From positions 19,007-83,006 of IMG/VR virus record IMGVR_UViG_3300029571_000007: 64,000 nt of DNA. The stretch is one strand, 5' to 3'. The stretch comes from a virus. Lineage: Duplodnaviria; Heunggongvirae; Uroviricota; Caudoviricetes. The first letter of the stretch is position 1. Every line of letters begins with the position of its first letter. The notes under the pieces are model-generated. The model did not search any database. It saw only the letters and a program-made list of their open reading frames with translations, and was not told the DNA's origin. Below are positions 29,721 to 39,769 of this stretch, piece after piece. A program made the translations under genes and the position numbers.

Positions 29721-30056
29721 ATGACACGAACCTTTATTGAAACACCAATTTTTACCGCTAAATGGCAAGATTTAGGATTAACTGATAAAAATTTAAAAGA
29801 CTTACAAGAAATTTTATTAGAAAATCCGAAATTAGGAGATACTATTTCTCATACAGGTGGATTAAGAAAAATCCGTATCCCAATGGAGAATAAAGGAAAA
29901 GGGAAACGAAGTGGTGCAAGAGTAATTTATGTAGATGTTGATATAAAAGAAACTGTATATCTTGTCAATGTCTACTCAAAAGATGAAAAGGCAGACTTAA
30001 CACCTGATGAAAAGAAAGCTCTAAAGGCAGTAGTAAAAATTTTAAAGGAGGAATAA
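29721..30056 (+). CDS. HigB/Gp49-like RelE-superfamily toxin (addiction-module killer)
   Basis: ORF track 29661..30056, likely start MTRTF at 29721; conserved GGLRKIRI...GKRSGARVIY...VYSKDEKADLT pattern of phage Gp49/HigB family. Confidence 0.65.
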   Translation: MTRTFIETPIFTAKWQDLGLTDKNLKDLQEILLENPKLGDTISHTGGLRKIRIPMENKGKGKRSGARVIYVDVDIKETVYLVNVYSKDEKADLTPDEKKALKAVVKILKEE

Positions 30057-30058
30057 TC

Positions 30059-30376
30059 ATGAGCAAATTTTTTGATGATACAATGCAAGGGTTATTAGAA
30101 GCTGTTGCAATCGACCAAAAGCAAATTGCAGTTCGAGAAGTAAGTGGTTTACCAGCCACTACTTTTCGTGCAGAGGATATAGAGAACAACTTAATTGATA
30201 ATGTTGTTAAATTACGGAAAGAGTCTAATATTTCTCAAAAGGAATTAGCCGATTTAACGGAAAGCAAACAGCAAAGTATCTCACGGTTTGAAAAGAAAAC
30301 ACATAGTCCATCATTAGTTTTATTTGTGAAAATTATTGATGCACTTGGTTATAAAATGGAACTTGTAAAAAAATAA
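30059..30376 (+). CDS. HigA-like antitoxin (XRE-family HTH, C-terminal)
   Basis: 2-nt gap after toxin gene; HTH at C-terminus ISQKELADLTESKQQSISRFEK; toxin-first order typical of HigBA. Confidence 0.6.
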   Translation: MSKFFDDTMQGLLEAVAIDQKQIAVREVSGLPATTFRAEDIENNLIDNVVKLRKESNISQKELADLTESKQQSISRFEKKTHSPSLVLFVKIIDALGYKMELVKK

Positions 30377-30469
30377 TCTCATAAAGTGTCATATTTATAT
30401 AGCATCTAATGGAAATGAAAATCTGTTAGGTGCTATTTTTATACCCAAAATTAAGGAGGTAAACACAAA

Positions 30470-30658
30470 ATGAAACGCAAAATAGCATATATACTCATTA
30501 CTTTAGCACTCATATTGAGTGCTTTTTTAATAGGCAAAAATATGCCTAGCAAATACGGTTACTTAAATTTAAACAAAGTAACGTCAGTAACGCAAAATGG
30601 GAATAATATAACCATCTACACAGATACAGATTGCTATGATTTCATAATAGCAAAATGA
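30470..30658 (+). CDS. Small membrane protein (62 aa)
   Basis: ORF track; hydrophobic N-terminal segment; AAGGAGG SD. Confidence 0.5.
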   Translation: MKRKIAYILITLALILSAFLIGKNMPSKYGYLNLNKVTSVTQNGNNITIYTDTDCYDFIIAK

Positions 30659-30812
30659 GAAGGGAGAATATAACTATGAGTAAAACAAAATATGATGCTA
30701 TACGCATCGCAAAGCAATTACAGTATTCAGAAGGTACATTACAGGCAATAGCCAACGCCAAAACGGAAAATGAAATCTCACGGATTATGCGTGATGCAAG
30801 ATTAAAGGAGGT

Positions 30813-31022
30813 ATGAAAATGTTACCAACAGTAACCTATATAGCAAGTAACGGAGTTTGTGTAGTAGATACACGTCCAGAGGCAGAAATTATTAAAGACG
30901 ATGAGGATTATCTTCACGAAAGAGCAATAAAAGAGAAAATGAGAAAGCTTAAAGAGAACAAAAAGATAACAGTAAGAATAGTACATTTTGCAAGGAGGAT
31001 AATACATGAAGGGATATTATAA
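30813..31022 (+). CDS. Hypothetical protein (69 aa)
   Basis: ORF track; AAGGAGG SD. Confidence 0.5.
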   Translation: MKMLPTVTYIASNGVCVVDTRPEAEIIKDDEDYLHERAIKEKMRKLKENKKITVRIVHFARRIIHEGIL

Positions 31023-31368
31023 CGGGTTTGCTTATATGGGATTTGTGCCAAGTATAGGCAAATATCAGCAGTTTGAAAGCGAAACTGCATACAGAAATTA
31101 TTTAATAGAAAGAGGTGAAATATAATGAAATATATAACATATGAAGAACCGCTAAAAGGTAAAACATTCACAGAAAAGCAGATGTATGAAGTCTACAGAG
31201 ACTTAGCAAACAAAGCAGAATATCCAGACTTTGAGTGTTGGAAATCAGATATGCTTAAGTCAGGGGTGTTTGAAAAGTTTAGTAACTAAACGGCGAACCG
31301 AAAGGCAAGCCGTTTTTTTATACACAAAATACATATTAAAAATATTAAAAGGAAAGAGGTAGTTAATT

Positions 31369-32301
31369 ATGTGCAAAATGTTTGAAGTAGTAACAGGAAG
31401 AAAATCAAAGGGAAGTGTTGACAAGTTAGAAGGTCTTACAAAGGCATACACTGATATGCATGAAGACATTGCAATTATCAGAATACCTGTTGAGTTAATG
31501 GAAGTTGATTCACGGTATCAGACAGACGAAAGAACGGAGAGAGATTTAAAATATCTCACTAATAATTGGGATGAAAGGAAACTTATGCCTTTACTTGGTG
31601 TACCACATTGGGAAGAAGGTAAAGTATATATAGTTGATGGTTATGGAAGATGGATTGCAAGTCAGATTGTTGATAAAGACAAATACAAGGATTTAAAGGT
31701 GCAGTTAATCTTAAATGCACCAACGGAAGATTCTGAAAGAGTTGCATTTGAAGCAGAGTTATATGCTTTTCAGGGAATATCAGTTCGCAAGGTAACTCCA
31801 ATACAGAGACATGGAGCAATGCTTGTATTACATGATCCAGCAACGGAAACTCTTGAGAAAATGAAGAATATATATGGTTTTGCTTACAGAGAAAAGGCAG
31901 GTAACAGAGGAATGGGCGTTCTTGGCTCATATACAGAAGCATTAAGTCTTTGTGCAATCGACAATGGAGCTTGTGCAGAATATGTATATGATATTATCCG
32001 TGATAGTGGCTTCAATAGAAAACACAGTGGATATGTAAGTTATGTTACAAGAGCATTGCGAGATATGTATAAACTATATGCACAGGATAGAAATGAAACT
32101 AAGGAATTTTTGTCAAATAATTTCAGACAGATTACACCTGAAAATCTTAAGGCAAATGCTTTAACAAAGTATCCTGTTCTCGACTTTAGAACTGCTGTAT
32201 TTCTTTATGTGGAAGATATAATTGTTGAAGGACTTGGACTTGAACAGTCAAGACAGATTGAAGGCACTAAAGTTATATTCATTAAAAAGAGAACCGCTTA
32301 A
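31369..32301 (+). CDS. ParB/Srx-like domain protein (third copy)
   Basis: GKVYIVDGYGRWIASQIV resembles the DGxxR box of the ParB/DUF262 fold; 310 aa. Confidence 0.4.
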   Translation: MCKMFEVVTGRKSKGSVDKLEGLTKAYTDMHEDIAIIRIPVELMEVDSRYQTDERTERDLKYLTNNWDERKLMPLLGVPHWEEGKVYIVDGYGRWIASQIVDKDKYKDLKVQLILNAPTEDSERVAFEAELYAFQGISVRKVTPIQRHGAMLVLHDPATETLEKMKNIYGFAYREKAGNRGMGVLGSYTEALSLCAIDNGACAEYVYDIIRDSGFNRKHSGYVSYVTRALRDMYKLYAQDRNETKEFLSNNFRQITPENLKANALTKYPVLDFRTAVFLYVEDIIVEGLGLEQSRQIEGTKVIFIKKRTA

Positions 32302-32374
32302 CGAGAATAATCATATATAAAGCTGTGATAACGGCTATACGGTCACATTATAATAAGGAAAGGATTGAATCAAT

Positions 32375-32839
32375 ATGAAATGGATAACAATTTTACGGAA
32401 TGACAAATATGCTTTGTTACAAAGCGAAAGCGATACACAGTATGCGGTTGTTAGTGGATATGATCCAACACAACCTGAAAATCAGCAATGGGCGAATGGA
32501 AATTATTTCTCTTATGGATTGTTTGGTAAAAATGTAGAATTAAAAACACTATACCTTGCAAACGCCTTAGACTGTTTTAGGCAAAAGGTAGAAGAGAATT
32601 TTATCCCACGTTGCAGGCTTGAAGAACTTGCAACATTCTTTGCGGATAGACTTATCTCTGACGACAGAGAAAGTGCAATGGAATATTTTGATGAATATTG
32701 CGAGATGTCAGAGGAAGAGAAATCTTTCTTTGGTATTGAAGAAGATTCACCTATTGCAAATACAAAATTTGAGAATCCTATGTATAACAAGGGTTACGAT
32801 GACGGATTTGCAGATGGAGCAAACAGCATAGAAGAGTAA
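32375..32839 (+). CDS. Hypothetical acidic protein (154 aa)
   Basis: ORF track. Confidence 0.55.
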   Translation: MKWITILRNDKYALLQSESDTQYAVVSGYDPTQPENQQWANGNYFSYGLFGKNVELKTLYLANALDCFRQKVEENFIPRCRLEELATFFADRLISDDRESAMEYFDEYCEMSEEEKSFFGIEEDSPIANTKFENPMYNKGYDDGFADGANSIEE

Positions 32840-33076
32840 ATGGATATTTCATAGTGAATAGGAGATGACGAGTGATATGAAAGAATGGAATATAGTTACA
32901 TTTAAAAATGGAGAACAAAAGGATCATTTCTGGACATCTAATGACGAAGCAACTTGCGAAGATGTAGCCTTGTGGTTTGATTTAAAATATAACGGAGATG
33001 AAGGTGAGGTATTAGAAATAATACCTATAGAATAGTAAATGCGTGTTTTCTTGGATTAGAAAGGTAGGTAAAAAAG

Positions 33077-33277
33077 ATGAACGGAATGCAGATATGGGAA
33101 GTAAATGGAATTGATGATTTAGAAGGCACTTGTTTTGCACAGTGTTCTACCAAAGAAAAGGCAGAAAAGGCAATGCAAATTCTTGAAGAAAACGGTTTTG
33201 AAGATATGCTTGAGGTTGAACAAAGTAATTTAAGATTAGACCAGTTATTGATTGGAGATAAATTAATTCAACTGTAA
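33077..33277 (+). CDS. Hypothetical small acidic protein
   Basis: ORF track; preceded by conserved 5'-UTR motif. Confidence 0.5.
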   Translation: MNGMQIWEVNGIDDLEGTCFAQCSTKEKAEKAMQILEENGFEDMLEVEQSNLRLDQLLIGDKLIQL

Positions 33278-33312
33278 AAAATTCGTGTTCTCTTAGAATG
33301 GAGGTAAGAGAA

Positions 33313-33534
33313 ATGATTGTAAATGCTTATTTAAAAGTAACTCAAAAACAATGGGAAGACATTAAAGAGAAATATGTAGAACCGAATATGTATCATATTG
33401 TAAGCAGTTCAAAGCGAAAGTGCAAGCGTTGTGACGGATGCAGTGCGTACAATCCTTGTACAACTTATGAAGGATATTGTGCAGAAGTAGAAGGATTAGT
33501 TGACAGAAATTCTACTTGCGAAAGTTGGCACTAA
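33313..33534 (+). CDS. Hypothetical small Cys-rich protein
   Basis: ORF track 33298..; true start likely second ATG after TGGAGGTAAGAGAA SD. Confidence 0.5.
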   Translation: MIVNAYLKVTQKQWEDIKEKYVEPNMYHIVSSSKRKCKRCDGCSAYNPCTTYEGYCAEVEGLVDRNSTCESWH

Positions 33535-33567
33535 ATATGTGTTTCTTATTGATTGGAGGTAAGAGAA

Positions 33568-33783
33568 ATGAAATATAAAAGACAGTTAAGATGTATAAAG
33601 GATTATGAAGAAGATTTAACAGGCGATGATGATTTTGCTACGGTTTGGACGGCTGGTAAAGTATATGGAGCAATTAAGCATCATGACGGAACATATACAG
33701 TTGAAACAAATATGGGTACAAAAGGAATTGTAGGTGTTGAATATTCATGTACACCAGATTATTTTGAAGAAGTAAAAGAGTAA
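33568..33783 (+). CDS. Hypothetical small protein
   Basis: ORF track 33553..; same repeated SD motif as previous gene. Confidence 0.5.
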   Translation: MKYKRQLRCIKDYEEDLTGDDDFATVWTAGKVYGAIKHHDGTYTVETNMGTKGIVGVEYSCTPDYFEEVKE

Positions 33784-33822
33784 AAGAAATTCGCATTTCT
33801 TTAGAAGATTGGAGGAAAGATT

Positions 33823-34290
33823 ATGACATTTAAAGAGATGGTTTTTAAAGGCTTATGTGATGGAACAGTAAAGATTATCAGTAATCCAAATGATGATTGT
33901 ATTGCTTGTCAGATTGGAGAATTTTGGTTTTACTTTATTGGAAGCGAAGATGAAGATTTAACACCTGATGAAGTGTATGAGTCATATACCAAAGAACAAC
34001 TTACAGAAATGATTTATTCAACATTGCAGGATATGGAAAAGAATGAATTTGATGAAGTTGAATATTATAAAGCATTTTTGGAAGAAAAATATGCATGTGA
34101 TAAAGAGAAATCAGATGATATGAATATGATTTTATGGAACGAACTAAAGAAACACAGAGGACATAAGGTGAGTATTGTATCATATGGAGATTGGGATAAT
34201 CCAGAAGATGTATGCTTAGAATGTGAGGATTGTGGAGAAGTTGTACTTGATGCAGAGATTTATACATTATGTGCAAGAGAAGATAACTGA
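33823..34290 (+). CDS. Hypothetical acidic Cys-containing protein (155 aa)
   Basis: ORF track; GGAGGAAAG SD. Confidence 0.55.
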   Translation: MTFKEMVFKGLCDGTVKIISNPNDDCIACQIGEFWFYFIGSEDEDLTPDEVYESYTKEQLTEMIYSTLQDMEKNEFDEVEYYKAFLEEKYACDKEKSDDMNMILWNELKKHRGHKVSIVSYGDWDNPEDVCLECEDCGEVVLDAEIYTLCAREDN

Positions 34291-34325
34291 TGAAACTAAG
34301 ATTTTTTAGGAAGGAGTGAAGGGAA

Positions 34326-34517
34326 ATGGCAAAATATACATGTAGCAAGACAAAGGATGAAATTCTTGAAATTATTGCAGAGGAATTTAGAAAAGTAAAT
34401 AAGGATTATGATGATGCAATGCAGAACGACAATGATAAACTCAAAGAACGGAATCAGGGTAGATATGTAGCAATGTTTGATTTGTTACATAAGTTAGAAA
34501 TTTATGAAAAGGAGTGA
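34326..34517 (+). CDS. Hypothetical small protein
   Basis: ORF track. Confidence 0.45.
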   Translation: MAKYTCSKTKDEILEIIAEEFRKVNKDYDDAMQNDNDKLKERNQGRYVAMFDLLHKLEIYEKE

Positions 34518-34523
34518 AGCGAA

Positions 34524-34739
34524 ATGACAACTATTGAAAAGTCAAAAGAGGATGCACGGAACTTAAATGAACTCACGGATCATCTGATTAAGCTGCTTGA
34601 ATCGGATGACAAGCGGTTCTCATTTGAATTTTGTGCAGGTGGCACAATGGAGATTTACGACAAAGAAAAAGAAATCGGTTATGCAGTTCACATTGCACCG
34701 ATTGAATATGATGAGAACGGAAAAGCAATAAATTTATAG
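34524..34739 (+). CDS. Hypothetical small protein
   Basis: ORF track. Confidence 0.45.
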   Translation: MTTIEKSKEDARNLNELTDHLIKLLESDDKRFSFEFCAGGTMEIYDKEKEIGYAVHIAPIEYDENGKAINL

Positions 34740-34809
34740 TAACCGCAAGGCAGTTAGGAGAATAATCTACTAGCTGCCTATTTTATTACAAGAAAGCGAG
34801 GTTGATTTT

Positions 34810-36438
34810 ATGAGTACCTATTATGAATATCAGGATGTAGGCGTAATGATGGCACATAAGCTTATGGCAATGGACGGATGGGAAGTGTTCGGATATCATG
34901 CAGACCATAGCGACATGATGACAGATTATTATGATCCTGCTTATTGGGGTGGAATTGCTACAAAGAATGGATATATATTAGTTGTAAATTGGAGCAGAGA
35001 TGCAAAGCCAGAAGAAATACGCAAATATAATTATGATGGAATACTTCAGGATAGAAGTATTTCAGAAAAGATTGCAAAGCTTGAACAGATGACAATGGAA
35101 AGAGGAGCAAGTGAACAGGAAGAAGAATCAGCAAAGAAAATGATTGAGAAGTTACGGAGTAAGGCAAACGAAACTTCTGAAAAATATATTGTAACTGGTA
35201 TTATTCCTGGACATATGGCAAACCCACCTAGAATGAATTGGCATATTGAAAAAGATGGTGTCTATGTAGCGAAAGGAAATGGAATTTTAAAGTTCGCTCA
35301 TATTGATAACTATTATAGATATGAAGGCTACATGAAAGATATGCAGAATTTCAGAACTATGAAGCGAGAAGAATATAAAAAATCTTTGATAACAACCTAT
35401 ATGGGTAGATGGAATGATGATGAAGAAAGTGCAGCACGACAGGCAGACAGTCATATTGAATCAATGGAAAAAGATAAGGCACTTATGGATCAGTTCGAGG
35501 CATTTATCAATAAAATTGATACTACTTGTGGTGGAATGCTTGGAGAAGGAGATGGAGTTGTATATGAGAAGGTAAAAGTTACTGAATATAAAAAGGAAAA
35601 CAAAGCTGTTGAAACAGAAAACGGATGTGTCAAAGATGGTCAGTGCTTTATCTTAAAAACATCATTCAATTATGGCAGAAATAAGGGATATGTTTACAGA
35701 ATTAAAGCAACTGTGTATGAGGATGGAAAAACTTCTTATCATGCATATAAACTTAATGGAAAACTTACAAAAGAATGTACAGGAAATGCAAATCAGGCTA
35801 ATCACTGGTTTATTGGTACTATGACCGATGGATTTATGAAGTGGGTAAATAAAGGTGCTATTGCATGGTGTGAAATTCAGGAAGTTAAAACACCTTATGA
35901 GGTTGAAAAGGTTGTAAAGAAAGTTATCAAGTCTAATACAAATAAGACAGAAACAAAGGCGACTGAAACTGATGTGGACGTAAATAAATATACCTACGAA
36001 GTAACAGAAGATACAGACACACGAACAGGAGAAAAGATATATCTTGCAAAGGTAATTGAGAAATTAAGCCGTGAAGAATATATCAAGGTAAATCAGTATA
36101 TCAAATCTCTTGGAGGCTATTATAGTAAGTTCAAACATGCTTTCTTATTCAAAGAGAATCCATGTGAAAAATTAAATGTAACTATTAAAGAGACAGAGAA
36201 TAATACAGTGGACGATGCAACAGAACGTACAGAAACACAAATCACATACACTGTAACAGAAGATGTACACACAAAGACAGGTGAAAAGCTATTTGTAGTA
36301 AAGCCTGATACAGAATTATCAAAATCAGACTTTGCAGATGTAAAGCGAAAGCTGGCAACATTACAGGGATTTTACAGTAGCTTTAAGAAGGGATTTATAT
36401 TCAAATATGATCCAACTGAAAAACTTAGTACAGTATAA
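34810..36438 (+). CDS. Hypothetical protein (542 aa) with tandemly duplicated ~70-aa C-terminal module
   Basis: Two similar segments YTYEVTEDTDTRTGEKIYLAKV...FKHAFLFKENPCEKLN and ITYTVTEDVHTKTGEKLFVVKP...FKKGFIFKYDPTEKLS. Confidence 0.65.
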   Translation: MSTYYEYQDVGVMMAHKLMAMDGWEVFGYHADHSDMMTDYYDPAYWGGIATKNGYILVVNWSRDAKPEEIRKYNYDGILQDRSISEKIAKLEQMTMERGASEQEEESAKKMIEKLRSKANETSEKYIVTGIIPGHMANPPRMNWHIEKDGVYVAKGNGILKFAHIDNYYRYEGYMKDMQNFRTMKREEYKKSLITTYMGRWNDDEESAARQADSHIESMEKDKALMDQFEAFINKIDTTCGGMLGEGDGVVYEKVKVTEYKKENKAVETENGCVKDGQCFILKTSFNYGRNKGYVYRIKATVYEDGKTSYHAYKLNGKLTKECTGNANQANHWFIGTMTDGFMKWVNKGAIAWCEIQEVKTPYEVEKVVKKVIKSNTNKTETKATETDVDVNKYTYEVTEDTDTRTGEKIYLAKVIEKLSREEYIKVNQYIKSLGGYYSKFKHAFLFKENPCEKLNVTIKETENNTVDDATERTETQITYTVTEDVHTKTGEKLFVVKPDTELSKSDFADVKRKLATLQGFYSSFKKGFIFKYDPTEKLSTV

Positions 36439-36481
36439 AACAAAGGTGGTTAAAATATACCACCTTTTATAGTGAAAGGAA

Positions 36482-36688
36482 ATGGTAAATATGGTAATTG
36501 GAAATTATGAATATGGAATTAGTTATCTTCCAGATAATTGTATGGCTTATAAAGATGGTTATAGATATGGTGCATATAAAGAAAATATTAATGACAAAAA
36601 TGATGCACATATAACAGAATGGTTCAAAACAAAAGATGAGATACAAAAATTCGTAAATCAACATAGAGAATATGGAAAAGAGGTATAG
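36482..36688 (+). CDS. Hypothetical small protein
   Basis: ORF track. Confidence 0.45.
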   Translation: MVNMVIGNYEYGISYLPDNCMAYKDGYRYGAYKENINDKNDAHITEWFKTKDEIQKFVNQHREYGKEV

Positions 36689-36691
36689 ATT

Positions 36692-38326
36692 ATGTTTACA
36701 GATAACAAAGATTTCTACCCAACGCCACAAAATCTTATAGATAAAATGCTTGATGGATTGGATTGGAAAATGATACATACAGTTCTTGAACCATCAGCAG
36801 GTAAGGGAAATATTGTTGAAGCATTAAAGAAAAAGGAAGATTTTAATAACAGATGGTACACAACAATCAAGTTAAATATTGACTGTATAGAGAATGACGT
36901 AAACTTACGAGCAGTATTAAAGGAAAAGAATTTCAGAGTTGTACATGATGATTTTTTGACATACGACACAATGAAGGAATATGACTTAATTATTATGAAT
37001 CCTCCGTTCTCAAATGGATGTAAACATCTGTTAAAAGCATTGGAAATGCAACAGAGAAATGGCGGTGCTGTTATTTGTCTACTTAACGCAGAGACATTAA
37101 AAAATGAATGCAACAATGAAAGAATAATGCTGAATAGAATGTTAGAAGAATACAATGCAGACATTCAGTATATTCAGGATGCTTTTATGGATGCAGAGAG
37201 AAAAACAAACGTTGAAATTGCATTGATAAAAGTAAAACTTCCAGATGTACAGAGAGATTCTTTTATCTTTGATAGCTTAGAGAAAGCCAAGGAACAGAGA
37301 GAATATACATATAACACAGAAAACACGCAGCTTGCAGAAAATGATTTTTTAAAGGCAATAGTCGAACAGTATAAAATGGAAGTTGAAGCAGGCGTGAAAC
37401 TCATTAAAGAGTATTATGCAATGTCACCACATATCCTATATCAGTTTGGAAAAGACAAGCAGACAGGACAGACAATACAGACTGGCGGTTGCGTGTTAAA
37501 TCTTAGTATTGGAAAAGATAGTGCATCAGTAAACGGATATATAAGAGAAATTCGTGGTAAATATTGGTCAGCATTATTTGATAATCCGAAGTTCATTGGT
37601 CAGCTCACAAATAATTTGCAGAGAGAATACTATAACAAGGTCGAAGAATTAAAAGACTATGAATTTTCGCTGCACAATATATACGAACTGAAAATTGATA
37701 TGAGCAAGAAAATCATAAAGGGAATTGAAGATACAATTATTTCACTCTTTGAAGAACTGAGTAATAAATATTCCTATTATGATGAATGCAGTAAGAACAT
37801 TCATTATTTTAATGGATGGAAAACAAATAAAGCATGGATTATAAATAAAAAAGTAATCATTCCATTAAGAGGATGGAGAGATTTGGAATATTCATGGGGT
37901 GGATTTAAACCAACCGATCACGATGTAGTAAGCAAATTAAGAGATATTGAAAAGTGCTTCAATTATCTTGATGGCGGCTTGACAGAAGCAGTTGATTTAT
38001 TCCAGTCACTAGAATTTGCTGAAGAATATGGAGAGTCAAAAGATATTGTATTGAAGTATTTCAATGTAACTTTTTATAAGAAGGGAACTTGCCACATTAC
38101 ATTTACAAATGAAGAGTTATTGAAAAAGTTCAATATATTTGGAGCACAACATAAAGGATGGCTGCCACCTTCATATGGAAAGAAAAAATATTCTGATATG
38201 ACATTAGAAGAAAAAGCAGTTGTAAATGACTTTGAAGGTGAAGTTGAATACAACAAGGTAATGTGCAACACAAGTTATTATCTGGCAGACACAAACAGTA
38301 TGTTGATGTTGGATATGGCAGAATAG
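36692..38326 (+). CDS. Orphan DNA N6-adenine methyltransferase (gamma-class motif order)
   Basis: Motif X FYPTPQNL near N-terminus, AdoMet motif EPSAGKGN, motif IV DLIIMNPPFSNG; no adjacent restriction gene. Confidence 0.75.
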   Translation: MFTDNKDFYPTPQNLIDKMLDGLDWKMIHTVLEPSAGKGNIVEALKKKEDFNNRWYTTIKLNIDCIENDVNLRAVLKEKNFRVVHDDFLTYDTMKEYDLIIMNPPFSNGCKHLLKALEMQQRNGGAVICLLNAETLKNECNNERIMLNRMLEEYNADIQYIQDAFMDAERKTNVEIALIKVKLPDVQRDSFIFDSLEKAKEQREYTYNTENTQLAENDFLKAIVEQYKMEVEAGVKLIKEYYAMSPHILYQFGKDKQTGQTIQTGGCVLNLSIGKDSASVNGYIREIRGKYWSALFDNPKFIGQLTNNLQREYYNKVEELKDYEFSLHNIYELKIDMSKKIIKGIEDTIISLFEELSNKYSYYDECSKNIHYFNGWKTNKAWIINKKVIIPLRGWRDLEYSWGGFKPTDHDVVSKLRDIEKCFNYLDGGLTEAVDLFQSLEFAEEYGESKDIVLKYFNVTFYKKGTCHITFTNEELLKKFNIFGAQHKGWLPPSYGKKKYSDMTLEEKAVVNDFEGEVEYNKVMCNTSYYLADTNSMLMLDMAE

Positions 38327-38335
38327 GAGGTCATA

Positions 38336-38602
38336 ATGGAAATTCACAAAACTACAGATTATTTTAACATTACGAAAGAAGAAGCAGGTAAGATTCGTAA
38401 CGGACATGATACACGAGAAGAAGCAGAAGTGTTAGATTCTGGGCTTGAGCATTATTTCTTTGAAACTTTAGAAGGTCTTACGAAGGAATATAATTCTAAA
38501 GAACGTAAGGAATATATCAAGAAAAAGGGTTATGACGTAATCTTGTTTGAATTTGTAGCAGACAATAGTAATCATAATAAATATTGCATGGTCTTTAGAT
38601 AG
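38336..38602 (+). CDS. Hypothetical small protein
   Basis: ORF track; GGAGG SD. Confidence 0.5.
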   Translation: MEIHKTTDYFNITKEEAGKIRNGHDTREEAEVLDSGLEHYFFETLEGLTKEYNSKERKEYIKKKGYDVILFEFVADNSNHNKYCMVFR

Positions 38603-38801
38603 GAGCGTGATTATATGGCATATTACAGTAGTCCACGAAAGTATGAAAACGCAACAGGTAAAAGATTTACAACAAATTGTAGTTGTATTCATGTAACAGG
38701 TAGTGTTAGAGGTATGGTAAAGTTAGGATTTTGGAGTAAATATAGCGACAAGGTAAGACATGGAAACTGGATTTATCAGCAACCATAGAAAGGATGATTA
38801 T

Positions 38802-39077
38802 ATGGCACAACAAATATATTACTTGCATAGCTGCAATGAATGGAAAGAATATTCTAGTATGAGTCTTTTATTCATTGGCACATCACAACAGAAGTTAAAG
38901 ATGAAAATCTCGAAAGAGATTGAAGAAGGCAATATGGAATATTATGATGGCGACTTATCTCAAAAAGAGCAAGCTAAAAAGTTTCGCAAAGACTGGAAAA
39001 CTGAAACAAGAGCTACAATTAATTCAAGATTAACATATGGAGATTTTGATTATACATATAATAATGAAGAAATGTAA
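38802..39077 (+). CDS. Hypothetical small protein
   Basis: ORF track 38760..; start MAQQIYY after AAAGGA SD. Confidence 0.45.
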   Translation: MAQQIYYLHSCNEWKEYSSMSLLFIGTSQQKLKMKISKEIEEGNMEYYDGDLSQKEQAKKFRKDWKTETRATINSRLTYGDFDYTYNNEEM

Positions 39078-39286
39078 TCAAAGGAAATTGTAATTTACTT
39101 AGAAAGAGTGTGATTGAAATGGAATTTAGATTGACAAGTGAAAGTATGGAGTTGCTAATTGAATCTATTGTAGATGCAGTTGAAAATACAGAAGATAGAG
39201 ATATGCAATTTGAAATGGTAAAGACAATTCTTGAAGATAATGGAATTATAGAAATCAAAGACTGAGAAAGGTAAAAGGTAAATATT

Positions 39287-39769
39287 ATGAGAACAAACGA
39301 AGTAAAAGAAACAAGAGAAGTAGTGGTAAGAACAGAGTACATTGCAGAAGATGGAACTGTATTTAGAAGTGAAGAGGAATGCAAAAAGTATGAGGAATCA
39401 GCACTGTTTGTAATCAGCAAAGAGTTGAAGAGACTTGATAATAAGAAAAATGGAGCTTCTGAATATGATATTTATGATGAATGTTCTGACGAATTTTTGG
39501 TAGAGATTTTCAATGCAGAAACAGAAAGAGATATTGAGAATATCAGAAGATATGTATATCTTAAAGCTCTTTCAAATAATTCATATGCGAGAAAGGAAGA
39601 TGTTGATTTACCTAATATCACAGCAGGGCATGAAGTAATTATTCATTGGAACTATGACGAGGATAGTTGTTGGACTATTGGAAATGGAAGTATTGATGCT
39701 TTCTGTGGCTATATTAGAGAGAATCTTATGAGTTTAATTACACCAAAGGAGGAAAATGCAGATGCTTAA
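39287..39769 (+). CDS. Hypothetical acidic protein (160 aa)
   Basis: ORF track. Confidence 0.55.
   Translation: MRTNEVKETREVVVRTEYIAEDGTVFRSEEECKKYEESALFVISKELKRLDNKKNGASEYDIYDECSDEFLVEIFNAETERDIENIRRYVYLKALSNNSYARKEDVDLPNITAGHEVIIHWNYDEDSCWTIGNGSIDAFCGYIRENLMSLITPKEENADA

Noticed and set aside
33298-33570. Identical N-terminal MEVREM on two neighbouring ORFs as evidence of gene duplication
   Set aside because: The identity comes from the repeated SD cassette ATGGAGGTAAGAGAAATG; the true starts are the second ATG, and the proteins are otherwise unrelated.
36467-37404. Minus-strand ORFs (36467..36778, 36715..37164, 37174..37404) antisense to the methyltransferase gene
   Set aside because: Antisense to a confidently identified gene in a block transcribed entirely rightward; hydrophobic low-complexity translations typical of AT-rich antisense frames.
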